Shown here: piece by piece, positions 32,448 to 43,479 of the stretch
Layout of the letters: each line of letters begins with the position of its first letter
Numbering within the stretch: position 1 is the stretch's first letter
NCBI GenBank assembly: GCA_918797485.1
Contig: CAKKNE010000004.1
Location: 930,001-994,000 of the forward strand
DNA length: 64,000 nucleotides
Source: Pelagomonas calceolata
Taxonomy: Eukaryota
Direction of reading: 5' to 3'
Made by a program: the position numbers and the translations under genes
The notes under the pieces: generated by a model
The model's database searches: none
What the model was told of the DNA's origin: nothing
Seen by the model: only the letters and a program-made list of their open reading frames with translations

Positions 32448-33728
32448 ATGCCCTGGCGCCGCCCGCCGCGCGTCGAGGACGATGCAGCCTTACCAAAGAC
32501 GGACGCCGCCGGACGACCGTTCGCGGACGACCACCAGGCGGCGCGCTACGCCTTGAGTAGAGATGCGTTGCGCGCGCGCGAGGCCCGGCGCGCATCGGAA
32601 AGTATAGAGGTCGATGCCGTGCAAGAGCGCGCCCCGGACGGCGCCTACGTCAACGATGAGACGCCGCGCATCTACCTCATGGTCGACGATAGAGGGAAAG
32701 CCGCCAAATTACTGGCACTGCTCAACGACGAACAAACGTGCAAAGCGTACTTCCCGTCCTTGACGCACGCGGGAGCGGTCTGCGCGCCGCGCGCGCCCTC
32801 CGAGAAGCGGGCGAAGGGTTGTCGAAGGACGGCCTGGGTCGCTCTACGGAATGCGGCGCTCGGAGCCGTGAGAGGTGCGATTGATCAGTCGCCGGCGCCG
32901 ATCGAAACGCATCTCGTGCAGCGCGCGCTGTACGGGGACGTCGACGTCTCAAAAGGTGCGGCGGAGGACGGCGCCGTCGCGGCCGTTGTAGTAGAGCTGT
33001 GCCGTCACGGAGGGCCCCTGAAGGTCGCGGTGCGCGCCCAGCCCCGCGCGCTCGAGAAGCGCATCATTCGAGCGCTGCCGGCGTGGTGCGCGCTCGAGCC
33101 CCAGTCCTATGATCTAGCTGTCCACGCCTTTTCAGATGACCAGCTCGGGACACGGATCGCGCTCGTGCCAAAGCGCGACGAGTGGCTCGCGACAAAGGAC
33201 GCGGACAAGGGCGAATTTACCAGAGCGGCGGGCAAGTTACGGGAGATCCTCGACTGTCGCATGGTGGACTTTCCTCCCGGGAGTCACGTGGTGGACGTCG
33301 GCGCGGCACCTGGAGGGTGGACGTTTGAATTGGCACAGCGGGGCATTAGAGTGGCCGCCGTGGACCCCGCAGAACTGCGAGACGATGTCGCAAAGCACCC
33401 GCTCGTGACGCATTTCCGACAGAAAGTGGAAGACTTTTCCTGTTCTCATGAGTTGGGCGGGCTGGTCTGCGATATTAACAGCGCGCCGTCCACGCTACTG
33501 GAGATCCTGGAACCCTTGGTCCGAAAGCTCGCCAAGGGTTCATCAATTGTGCTGACGCTGAAGTTCGGGGGAAGAGGGCACGACGGCGAGAGCGATCGCC
33601 GGAAAAGAGTTGCTGCTGCCGAAGTTTTGAGGGACTTGGAGGAGATCGCTCCTCTGGCATCGTCGCGGTTTTGCTGGCTCGTGGCAAATACGGACCGGGA
33701 GCGGACATTAGTGTGTCGCTTGAAGTAA
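32448..33728 (+). CDS. FtsJ/RlmM-like RNA 2'-O-methyltransferase
   Basis: TRAAGKLREI, VVDVGAAPGGWT, VAAVDPA, LVCD, LTLK. Confidence 0.85.
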   Translation: MPWRRPPRVEDDAALPKTDAAGRPFADDHQAARYALSRDALRAREARRASESIEVDAVQERAPDGAYVNDETPRIYLMVDDRGKAAKLLALLNDEQTCKAYFPSLTHAGAVCAPRAPSEKRAKGCRRTAWVALRNAALGAVRGAIDQSPAPIETHLVQRALYGDVDVSKGAAEDGAVAAVVVELCRHGGPLKVAVRAQPRALEKRIIRALPAWCALEPQSYDLAVHAFSDDQLGTRIALVPKRDEWLATKDADKGEFTRAAGKLREILDCRMVDFPPGSHVVDVGAAPGGWTFELAQRGIRVAAVDPAELRDDVAKHPLVTHFRQKVEDFSCSHELGGLVCDINSAPSTLLEILEPLVRKLAKGSSIVLTLKFGGRGHDGESDRRKRVAAAEVLRDLEEIAPLASSRFCWLVANTDRERTLVCRLK

Positions 33729-33940
33729 GTGTCTGTTGTCTTATGGCGTTTCCGAAGTTTCGCGCGGGCGGTTCTTGGCGTTGTGCCCGCGCCTCGTGAG
33801 CCGTCCCAGCTAGTCGGGGAGTAGTATGTCTCTGGATTTGTAGTGGCATTTTAAAATCGGGACACGTGGAGCCCCGGACCCGCACGCATCATGATCAGAT
33901 TGCATGGCATCAGTCTGTGCTAAGGCTGCCCTGCGCGACG

Positions 33941-34654
33941 ATGATGCGGTCGGCTGCGCTTCTGTGCGTGGCGAGTCTATTACCAGCCGTGGCTGGCATC
34001 GCGATGGACGATAACACCATCAGGACGGCCGTCACGGAGTGGCTCTCGGACGCGAGCGCCGCCGAGGCGACGTACGGCCACATTTCTACGTGGGAGACTG
34101 GGGGGGTGACGGACATGTCGAAGTTGTTCTACTTGATGGCTTTCAACGACGACGTCGGCGCGTGGGACACCTCAGGCGTAACGAGCATGTCCGGCATGTT
34201 CATGAGCAGCACGTTTAACCAGGACATCGGCGCGTGGGACACCTCGGCCGTCAGAACGATGGACTATATGTTCTACTACGCTTCGTCGTTCAACCGACCG
34301 ATCGGCGACTGGATTGTTGACAGCATTACGGACATGAGATACATGTTCTGGTACGCCTCGGCCTTCGACCAGGACCTCGGCTGGTGCGTGGCCGACGACG
34401 TGGACCTGCGCTACGCGTTCCGCAACACCCCGTGCGAGCCGACGTATTGCGGCGTCACGCGCAAAAACGAATTCGACGAGTGCGAAGCCATCGTCGACGA
34501 CGACGCTTACGACATCTTCGTCGTCGACGACGACAAGGACGACGATGACGACTACGACGATGATGACGACTGCGGATATGGATCCTTGTGCAACGATGCC
34601 GCCACGACCCGCTCCGCCGCCCTCGCCGCCCTCGTCATCGGCGCCGCGCTCTAG
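33941..34654 (+). CDS. DUF285/BspA-like surface repeat protein
   Basis: Signal peptide, repeats of FNxDIGAWDTSxVxxMxxMF, acidic tract and hydrophobic C-terminus (possible GPI signal). Confidence 0.88.
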   Translation: MMRSAALLCVASLLPAVAGIAMDDNTIRTAVTEWLSDASAAEATYGHISTWETGGVTDMSKLFYLMAFNDDVGAWDTSGVTSMSGMFMSSTFNQDIGAWDTSAVRTMDYMFYYASSFNRPIGDWIVDSITDMRYMFWYASAFDQDLGWCVADDVDLRYAFRNTPCEPTYCGVTRKNEFDECEAIVDDDAYDIFVVDDDKDDDDDYDDDDDCGYGSLCNDAATTRSAALAALVIGAAL

Positions 34655-34937
34655 GGATGGCGCCAAGACCCATTTCATTGCCTACGGCGCCATCGCCGCG
34701 GCCCTTCTCCTCCTCTTGCTCTGAGTCGAGGGAATTCCTTCATCGGCCCCCCCTTTTTGCCTTCCTCTCCTTCGAGTCTATGATAAGAATTCATTCTCTG
34801 ACCTTACGCCACAGGGGGGGATCGGGGGTGCTCACGCCGGCCAGCGAGTACGTCCGAGTCAGCGAGTTGTCTCCGAGTCGGGTTGCGGCGGGGGGACAAC
34901 GGCATAAGCTGTACCAAATTAAGGCTCGCGGGGGGAG

Positions 34938-37900
34938 TCAAGGGGACGCCTCGCGCAGGATGCGCCGCGAATACGAGGTCTGCTGGTTCTTCTGCGTCAT
35001 CGTCCGCAGGTCGGCGACGTACTTGCCACCAGACAATTGCACCAGCGACCGCTCCTGGACCAAGGCCTGCTCCAGCGTACTCGCCGCTTTTTCATCAAAC
35101 GGGACCCAGTAGGGCGGCCGCACGACGGGGTGCTGGGAAATCCTCTCGGGCGTTTCTTCCCAATACCACGTGACCCGCGTCGGATCGAAGATGAACCGCG
35201 GCTTCTGGACCGCGGGCGGCCGCGGTAAATCCCCAGCGCCGACGACGGCCACGACGGAGCCGACGGGACCGACGGGCGAGTGCTTCGGCGAGCGCCAGCT
35301 CCCGTCCTGGACGCGGCGCTCGTCGTGCACGGGCGTCCGCATCGCCCGCCGCCGGTTGATCGTGTCCTCCCTCGATCGTAGTTTATCGGTGGTCTCCTTC
35401 CACTTGTGGAAGAAGGTCTGCACGTCTAGACTATCGGCGCCGTGCAATTCAAACACCGTCTCGAGCCGCACGATGCCCTCCTGCACGCGCTTCTCGGCCT
35501 TCTTGAAATGCGACAGCTCCGACGACTCGTCCTCGTGGAACTGGCCCAGGAACCAGGCCGTGGCGAAGAGCCCGGCGTAGAATAGTAGTAGTAAAAAGTT
35601 GAGCCAAAACAAGCCACTATGGAAGCCGGCCCGCTCCCAGATGATCTTGGACTGGAACACGGGTGGCGCCGGATTCACGAAACTAATAATGATCTGGACC
35701 ACAAAAAACGAAGGGACCATGATCCTTCTCGCCGCTCTATCCAAGGCGTTCGTCTCGAGCCCGGCGAACATGAGGTTGAAGAGCCAGAAGGTCCAGTCGT
35801 CGGCCTTCGACCTTCTCCTGATTTTACTCTGGGCGGCCTTGACCCTTATAAAAAATTTCTCGTCGCCACCGGCCGCCTGCTGCTGCCGGTAGTCCCTCGA
35901 GCTCTTCACCAACAATATAAACGCCAGGAACTGATACACTAACATGATCACGAAGTACCAGTCCAGCCACGTGAAGACCTTCGTGACCTTGGCTTCGTAC
36001 ATCATAAATTGCGCGGCCAAAATAGTGGTAATAGCAACCGCGCTGCGATCAATGCCCGCCCCTTCGGCCCGGATCCAGAAGACCGTGAAACCCAATAAAT
36101 TGAAGGCCCAGCCCACCAATACATAACTCATAACCGCGAACTGCGAGTTCCGCTCGATCCGGAAGCGGAACTTGACGGTCTTGCCCGAGGGGTGGGAGCC
36201 CACCTTGACCGGTGCGTCGCCGCCGTCGCCGTCCCAGCCCTCGCAGCCCTCGATCCTCCCCACGATGTGCCCATCCCTAATATCTATCTCGGATTCGGAC
36301 TCGGCCACGGTCACGTCCAGGGAACACGTGTGGACGTCGTAGGGATAGTTTCTGAGGTTTGAGTCCGTGTCGCAGCCGTACTCGCCGACCGTCCGGAAGG
36401 AATATTTAACGCTACCGTCCGGTTTCACCTCCGCGGGCAACCTTTTAATAAGTTGCAGGCCCTCCGGCGTCTGGAGGTTGTGGATGTACATCTCTGGGAC
36501 CCATATGCGATCGATGTCGACCCTTATGGGTCCCTCGAAGACGTTACTGTCATATTTCAGTCGTGTGTCGACCCACTCCAGGTCGACCCACGCCGTCGCG
36601 GAGAAGGACCCGCCCGCCGTGTCCATGGTTTGAATTTCCAACTCTCTCACCGAAGCGGTGACGGGCAGGGGCGAGTCGTCGTCGGTCTTCGCCGCCACCG
36701 TAGCCTGGTAGGACGTGTGGTGGATCAGCGCGTCCACGGTGAAGCCCTCGGCGTCGGCGTACTGGCAGGACGTCTCCGTCTCCGTCGTCGTCTCCTCGTA
36801 GAACGCGCAGTCCGCCTCCACGTCCGCGACCGCGGCGTCCCAGGCGTCGACGCCGGTCTCGGCCGCGAGCGCGACCGCGGCGTCCGTGTACGGCTCGAGG
36901 TCGGCGGTGCATTTTTCCCACAGGTTCTCGCCCGTCGTTTCCGCGAAGTAGGCCTTGAGGTCGTCCGTCGTGTCGATCGGGTCGCCGGCGGCGGCCGCCG
37001 CGTCGACCGCGTCCAGGACGTTCTGCACCGCGCGCCACAGGCCCGCCCCCGCGACGCCGACGTACTGGTCGGCGGACGCCACCATGAAGTCGTCGTCTAA
37101 CAAATGCTCCTCGACCCTATCAAAGCCGGCGATCATCAGCTTGGCCGCGCCCTCCCAACTGAGCGTCTCGTCGATGGCCTTTCGCGCGCCCAGGAGCATC
37201 CGGTCGTTGGCCGCCAGGATCGTCGTGATGGACGGGTCGTGGATCAGCGCCTTCTTCGTCAGCTCGTAGGCCAGGTCCTGGTCGAACCTGGCCCGGGCCT
37301 CGGTCGTCTTCGTGATCTTCGCCTCGCAGTTCTTCCAGAGCCACTCGAGCTGCGCGTCGACCCGGATGTCGAACGCCGGCTGGTCGTTGCCGTAGAGCTT
37401 CAGCACGCGGTGCTCGACGCCCCGGCCGAAGCGGCGGCACGTCTCGGCGGCCACGAGCTGCGCCGCGGTCTCCACGTCGGGCGTGAAGGTCCAGTAGAAG
37501 TTCTTCGAGGTGTCGTTGTTCGTGGGAGGGCTCGCGCCGTAGACGAAGAGCACGGTCGCATTTTGGCCCAACAAGTAGTCGTACATGTCGATGCCCACGC
37601 CCGCGCGCGCCGCGCCGACGACGACGACGTCGCTCAAGTCGACACCGTCCTCCTCGATTTTGTCCCGTATGTCGTCCGGGACCATGCAGCCCAGCGGCAG
37701 GGCTCGATCGTGGAAGTCCTCCGCGAGCGCGCCGGAGGCCTTGAGCGCGCCGAGGTCGGCGGCGCAGTTGGCCGTGAGGGTCGGGTCGACCATCTTGAAC
37801 GACCGCTTGTATTCCCCCTTGAAGGTCTCGTTGAACGCGTGGCGCACGGGGCCCCAGTAGTCCTGGAGGTAGTCGTCGCCTGCGCGGGATGTGCGGTCTC

Positions 37901-38106
37901 TCGCGCGTGCTCTCTCGCATCGACGGTGGCGGTGTCTCGGCGCGGCGCCGCCCCGACGCCATCGGCGCGCACGCGTCGCATCGACGCCACTCGCCACGCC
38001 ACTCGAGCGCTTCCGACGCCGCGCCCGCGCCGGGGAAGATGCCGTAGAGGCGCCTTGCTTGGATTATTGGCATGCAGCACGCGAGCGCCCAGAGCGGGGC
38101 GCGCAT
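34938..38106 (-). CDS. Pentameric ligand-gated (Cys-loop) ion channel with N-terminal periplasmic-binding-protein domain and C-terminal WWE domain; GC-AG intron 37880-37994
   Basis: Signal peptide; PBP1-like ILAANDRMLLGA...IAGFD; LBD WVDTRL, IWVPEM, C..NYPYDVHTC; M1-M4; WWE-like WYWEE...WVPFD...YVADLRTMTQKN..T.YSRRILR. Confidence 0.85.
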
Positions 38107-38227
38107 GGTCCCGGGCTGCCCGCGGCCGTGTCGCGTCGTCTGTTTGCTGCCTTGACCGTTCGGCAACGGTGCGTTTGTCCTGTGGCCACAACAGAGCCCC
38201 TCGATCTAAACTTTCTTGCTGGGATGC

Positions 38228-38248
38228 CTAGTGTCTTACGACCGCTAG
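38228..38248 (+). promoter_or_regulatory. CTAG-bounded intergenic motif
   Basis: CTAGTGTCTTACGACCGCTAG about 120 bp upstream of the channel ATG. Confidence 0.7.
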
Positions 38249-38350
38249 CGGATTCTAAACGCGGGAGCCGTCTAAGCGCACACCCGCACGAGATTCAATG
38301 AATCACAGACGCCATCGCCGCGACGCGCGCGTAAACTTTCACGACCATTA

Positions 38351-39124
38351 CTACACGACGACGCTCCCGCGCTTCGACCCCCTTACTTCAAGCTCGAGCG
38401 CCGCCGGCTTGCGCAGGGCCTCGGCCTTCGCCGCGGCGCGCGACCCGAGGGACGCCTCGAGTGCGGCGAATTGCGCCGCGACCGTTGCCGCGTCGAGGCC
38501 GAGGAGCTGCGGCGCGCCGAGGACCAGCGTGCGAAGGTCGCCGTCGGCGAAGTCGTAGTCGCTCCGAAGCATGTCAAACGTCGGCGCCACGTCGAGGTCG
38601 TAGCGCAGGCCTAGCGCTTGCGGCAGGCGCAGGATCACTTTCTTTCTCAGCGTCACGTCGTCGAGGGCTAGATTCTTTTGTAAAGCATCTGCGGCCGCTC
38701 TCACGCGCGCCGCGGAGTAGCTCAGGACCTCGGGCACGCGCCTCGCTATTCGCTTGATCTCCGCATCCCCGAGGCCTAGGCTTCGGAGCCCGTCGCATCG
38801 GTTTTCAAACTCTGAGGTCACCTCGGCGTATCTTGCTTCCAGGTTCTCTTTATCGTCGTCGTCGGCCTCCGGATCCTTGACTGCGTACTGGTAGGTCTGG
38901 CGCGTCGCGCGCGGCGACGCGGCGACCACGCGTGCCTCGATGTCCGATGCCTCATCGACATCAATCTCGAACGTGCGCTCGCAGAAGTCCGCAATGGCGC
39001 CCTTTAGAGCTAATTGACGATTGCTGCCGGCGTTTAGAGCTAATTGACGATTGCTGCCGGCGTTTAGGGCGCTGAAGGCTGCAGCACCAGAGGCAATGCT
39101 TAGCAATAGCCTTGCTGATTGCAT
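38351..39124 (-). CDS. Plastid-targeted mTERF-like protein
   Basis: AAA-FS presequence; repeats IARRVPEVLSYS, VILRLPQALGL, LVLGAPQLLGL. Confidence 0.8.
   Translation of the reverse strand: MQSARLLLSIASGAAAFSALNAGSNRQLALNAGSNRQLALKGAIADFCERTFEIDVDEASDIEARVVAASPRATRQTYQYAVKDPEADDDDKENLEARYAEVTSEFENRCDGLRSLGLGDAEIKRIARRVPEVLSYSAARVRAAADALQKNLALDDVTLRKKVILRLPQALGLRYDLDVAPTFDMLRSDYDFADGDLRTLVLGAPQLLGLDAATVAAQFAALEASLGSRAAAKAEALRKPAALELEVRGSKRGSVVV
39003..39067. repeat. Perfect 30-bp tandem duplication in transit peptide
   Basis: TTTAGAGCTAATTGACGATTGCTGCCGGCG twice (LNAGSNRQLA x2). Confidence 0.9.
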
Positions 39125-39239
39125 CTTTGCGGGCTGGTGGTTGCGGCGGCGATTGATGGCGGCCTTTGGTGTTTGCTCGGTTGCAGCTGTGCTTATTGGC
39201 AGCACGTGTGGGCAAAAAAACGGGCACGCTCTCCCAAGG

Positions 39240-39261
39240 CTAGCGGAGTGTAAGACACTAG
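39240..39261 (-). promoter_or_regulatory. CTAG-bounded intergenic motif
   Basis: CTAGCGGAGTGTAAGACACTAG in a divergent gap. Confidence 0.7.
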
Positions 39262-39334
39262 AAAGCACAGCGCAAAAACGCCAGCAGCGCATCTGCTGCA
39301 CAAAGATTCTGTTTTCGAGTGCCATTTATCGTAA

Positions 39335-39781
39335 ATGATGCAGTCCTCGTTGTGCTTCGCCCTCCTGGTGACCACGGCTGCCGCTCTCCAAGCACCTACG
39401 TCACGGGCTGGCATGCGTCGTGGAGTCGCGCGCGCACCGATGGTGGGCGTGCTCGCGCCGACGAGCAGTGCGCTCTGCGCCGCGGACGACGACGGCTACG
39501 AGGCGCCCAAAATTGAATTCGACCCGGACGCCGACGGCGCACGCGCGGCGTCCGATATAGCGCTTCCCTTCCGGGCACGGGGGACCGACGCAAGGTTGCG
39601 AGAGCGCGCCGTGTCGTTCGGTCGTTCGCCTCGTCGACGACGCGCGCTCAACCCAATATATTTTTTCTCCAACGCAGTCGGCGGCCGCGACCTGTGGAGC
39701 GACTGGAAGAATGGTATCTACATCGGCAGCGTCGCCATCGGAGTGCTGCTGCCGCTGTTCTTCTTCGTCGTCCGGCCATGA
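39335..39781 (+). CDS. Small plastid-targeted single-TM protein; probable in-frame GC-AG intron 39537-39677
   Basis: AAA-LQAP presequence; C-terminal helix GIYIGSVAIGVLLPLFFFVV; pyrimidine tract plus CGCAG at 39677. Confidence 0.65.
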   Translation: MMQSSLCFALLVTTAAALQAPTSRAGMRRGVARAPMVGVLAPTSSALCAADDDGYEAPKIEFDPDADGARAASDIALPFRARGTDARLRERAVSFGRSPRRRRALNPIYFFSNAVGGRDLWSDWKNGIYIGSVAIGVLLPLFFFVVRP

Positions 39782-40286
39782 GGGGGTGAGTTGTGGAAGT
39801 CGACCCGCGGCCCGCGGTGGCGGCCTCGTGGGGGACCTGTGGCTGGTAAGGCGTTTGGTACGTTTCCTAAGACTCGTCCGTCCGCCCCCCGGGATGGTTC
39901 CTCATAGCATTCGCGCGGGTCGAATTGCTCTGGCTGGCCAAGTCCGTAATCTGCAAAACGCCCTCACGACGTCCAATTGTCCTCATTAACCCCGCGCGCG
40001 CTTGTGAACACTCTCGGCGCCTTACTTTTACGCCTCACGCAGAAATTCGTGCAACTCGGCCGCTCGTAAGCGTCCAAAACTGCCTCCAGTGCATCACTAC
40101 CACCTTCACGGCATTTTCACGGCGTCAGTTGTATTTCTATATTGCGCGGGAGCACGTGCGGTACGCCCAAACTACTGCGTCGCGCTCAATTCGAAAATCG
40201 ATGGTCGCGGTCGTGAAACCGGACGCGGGCCCGATCCGGTCCGATCGTACGATTTATACCACTCGTGTACCACAGGCCCCATCATC

Positions 40287-41120
40287 ATGTCCAAGTCCAT
40301 TATTGCCCTCGCGCTACTCGCCGCCTCGTCGACGGCCCTTCTCGATGTCCACAAGCAGAGCAATCTGCGCCGCCGCCTCGGCAAAGGAAAGTACGGCGGC
40401 GGCAAGTCGGGCTCCAAGTCGGGATCCAAATCTGGCTACGAAGACGAAGACGAGGATGCGGACTGCTCGTGCGACACGGTGTACGAGGAACTCGAGCTCT
40501 GCAAGGAGAACAGCGAAGCCTGCCAGGACGAGCTCGAACAGTGCACCGAGCAGATCCAGATAAATCAGAAGGAGTGCGATGAGACGAAGGAGAACCTCGA
40601 GGGCCAGATCGCGCAGCTCACGGAGCAGCTCGACGCCTGCGAAGCCGATACCGCGTCCCAAACGGAGACGATCGTCAAGCTCCAGACGCAGATCACCGAG
40701 CTCCAGTCGGCGCTGGACGCCTGCACCAAGGAGAGCGTGGGCCTCGCCGACGAGCTGAAGGCCTGCCAGGCGAACCACGGCGACTCCTCTGGCAAGATCA
40801 ACGAGCTCGAGACGGCGCTCAAGGCCTGCAACGAGGACCGGGAGAAGGCCGCTCAGACAATCGCGACGCTCGAAGCGGATGCTAAGGCGGCCGCGAAGCA
40901 GATCGCCGACTACCAGGCCAAGGTCGCGAGCCTCGAAGCCGCGCTCGCGAAGGCGAGCGTCGACGCCGTCGTGGCCTCCGAGAAGACGGCTGCCTCGTCA
41001 GTCGAAGCTTCCGCGATCGCCTTAGAAGCGACAAAGCTCATACTGGCGCGCGCGGAGTCGCTCGAGGCGTCGCGCAAGGCCGAATCGCTCGACGGCTTCA
41101 CGCCCGAGCCGGCCAAGTAG
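40287..41120 (+). CDS. Secreted coiled-coil protein with heptad-spaced cysteines
   Basis: Signal peptide, RRRL, (KSGS)n, long heptad repeat. Confidence 0.8.
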   Translation: MSKSIIALALLAASSTALLDVHKQSNLRRRLGKGKYGGGKSGSKSGSKSGYEDEDEDADCSCDTVYEELELCKENSEACQDELEQCTEQIQINQKECDETKENLEGQIAQLTEQLDACEADTASQTETIVKLQTQITELQSALDACTKESVGLADELKACQANHGDSSGKINELETALKACNEDREKAAQTIATLEADAKAAAKQIADYQAKVASLEAALAKASVDAVVASEKTAASSVEASAIALEATKLILARAESLEASRKAESLDGFTPEPAK

Positions 41121-41215
41121 GCTTCACGCCCCGCGGAGGACACTACCCACCTCCGCAAGATCCCTCCCCGACCACTACCCCGCGCGACCACGACCACTAA
41201 AAAAACTACCACTAA

Positions 41216-43151
41216 TTAGCTATCATCCACGTCCTTCTGAAAGACTCGCTCAAGGAACGCCGAATTCGTGACGCCGGCCGGCCGCTCATCCGCTATAGAT
41301 GGAGGCAGCTCCGCCCGCACCAAGTCGACGCCGTCGAACGCGTCCAACATCTCCCGCAGCGCGTCGAAGTCAGCATCATCCCCTACGGAAGTACATGTCC
41401 CCCGGGACGCCTGGCCGACGCGGCCCGCCCGGCCCGCCACATGCGCGTACGTCGCAGGACCGCCCTCCGTAACATCACCAACTCGATACACATGACTGAC
41501 GTTCGGGAAGTCGAGACCGCGCGCAGCGGACGGCACCGTCACGAGCACGGTCGCGCCGTCTCGTGCCGCGACCTCTGCAAACGAATCGTCCGTCGCCGAC
41601 GCGCGCGCCATGCTGCCGGCCGCGACCGTCGGGGAGCCGCCCTCCGTCGGGAGGAGGGCGGCGACGGCGTGGGCGCCCCATAGCGACGTTCTCAGCTGCC
41701 TTGCTAACGCGTCGGCCGACGTCTCGTTGGCGGCGAAGACCACGGCCCTCGGTCTCGGGCCTTGACCGGACTCCTCCCACTCCCTCAAATCCCGCCTCAG
41801 ACACCGCGCCAAGATGAGCGGCCTTTTCCACTCGGGAACGTCGAGGAACTCGTGTCTTACGGAAGAGGGCGTTCGTATCTTTTCCTGGGTCAGGGAGAAG
41901 GGCTCAGTGCCACTCTCCGTGGCCTTCGTGGCCGTGCCGTTTCTCAGTAAAGAACTCGCGTCGGTTAACGTGGCGCCCACTAACACACGAGGCACCTTTG
42001 CCAAGCCCAGCGTCTCGAGGATATCTGCGGAGACATCACCACAAGCGTCGGCCTCGTCCACACAAACTAATTTGATATGTGACGTGTCCATGAGGTCCGG
42101 CGCCTCCTTCAACGCGTCTCGCAGCGTAGCAGCGTCGGCGACCAGCACGTCGCAGTCCGCCAAGTCATCAGGTAACGTCGACGAGGGCGTAAAGGTCCCC
42201 CCATAGTCGTCGTACCCGAAATCATCGGTCTTCTCCACGACGATCCGCCTTTCCTTGGCCGCGGCGACGGCTCTGTCCAAATCCGCGTCCGACGCGAGAG
42301 CCGCGACCCGACAGCCCTTCGGGCCCTTGTAGGCGAAGAGTGAGGAAGCGTCGCCGGGGAAGTAGCTGCCTTGGTTCCTATTGGTCCCGCCGACCTGTGT
42401 GGAAATCTTCGCGTCGACCTCCACGCCATCGATCCGACGCCGGCTCGATGGCGTGGCGATGCCGGTTCCTCACCACTGGTTGATTTCCACACAGGTCGAC
42501 TACGATCGTAAAACACGCCGTTCCCAATTGAAGAGCTAAGGCGCGCGACGGACACAACACCAACGCCAAAGGTGCTCCTCGAGGATCCCCAAACCGCGGC
42601 GGCCGGAAGCCTTCCAAATTCTGCGCGCTCGTCCACAGGGCTGGACTGAAGGTCGCCATCGCCGCTTGTGGAGTTAACAAGCCGAGATTGCTGCCCGCGT
42701 CGAGCTGCGTGCGTTCCCGTTCCGCGAGCTTCGTGTCGAGCACCGCGAGGAGAGGTGCGAGAAAGGCCAACGTCTTGCCGCTGCCTGTGGGTGCCGAGAC
42801 GACGACATCTGTCGAGCCGTCGACGGCATCTAACGCAGCTTCTTGCACCGGTGTGGGGAACCTCATCCCTAGGTCTTGCAGTCGCGCTTGCAGCCAGCCG
42901 GGCGCGCCTCGCGACGCCCAATCTCCAGACTTCGTCGTCGCACCGCCGTTGATCGCTTCTAGTTTCTTCTTCAACTCTGCTGCTTTACGGAAGTCCTCCT
43001 GCTGCACGGCGGCGTTCAATTGGGTCATGAGAGCGTTCACGTCGTCGGCGGCGGCGGCTCTGACGGGCGCGAGGCTCTGAACATGGCGTGGTGGCCGCTG
43101 GAAGGCGCGCGTTTGTAGTATTATCGCAACGACGAGGGCTGGTCGATGCAT
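41216..43151 (-). CDS. Plastid-targeted DEAD-box RNA helicase with N-terminal UVR motif; intron about 42395-42503
   Basis: PTPVQ, APTGSGKT, VDEAD, ARGLDF, HVAGRAGR; EDFRKAAELK is UVR-like. Confidence 0.88.
42395..42494 (+). mobile_element. TIR introner element, inverted relative to host gene
   Basis: CTGTGTGGAAATC...GATTTCCACACAG; interior GCTCGATGGCGTGGCGATGCCGGTTCCTCACC identical to the copy at 10921. Confidence 0.9.
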
Positions 43152-43479
43152 CGTGCGCGGTCGCTACTATCGATGTGAGTGCTGCTGCTGAGTGTGCAGC
43201 AGAGTGCGCGCGCGGTTACTGCGTTTCAGTGCTTGCGGCGAGGCGTTCGATCTGTGTGTAACGTGTGCACACAGCGCCGTTCGCGTTTGCGCAGCCGTGC
43301 GCGCTTGTGCGTGCTCCAGCTGGCCAAGAGCAAAGAGCAGTCCTCGCCTTTGCAGACGCCTCACGCGGCCGTTGGGACAGCACCGCTCGTCGTAGCCGTC
43401 GAAAACACGTCGCAGCAGTCACGTCGACGACGTATCGAGCCGCGGTATCGCGTGCAGTGCTCTCAGGCTCCGCAACAGC

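Noticed and set aside
33941..34654. DUF285, glucokinase and RlmM-like genes as evidence of bacterial contamination
   Set aside because: They sit among intron-containing eukaryotic genes with the same codon bias.
37104..38231. Long antisense and alternate-frame ORFs here and throughout the window
   Set aside because: Arg/Ala/Pro-rich shadow ORFs expected from high GC3 codon bias opposite real genes.
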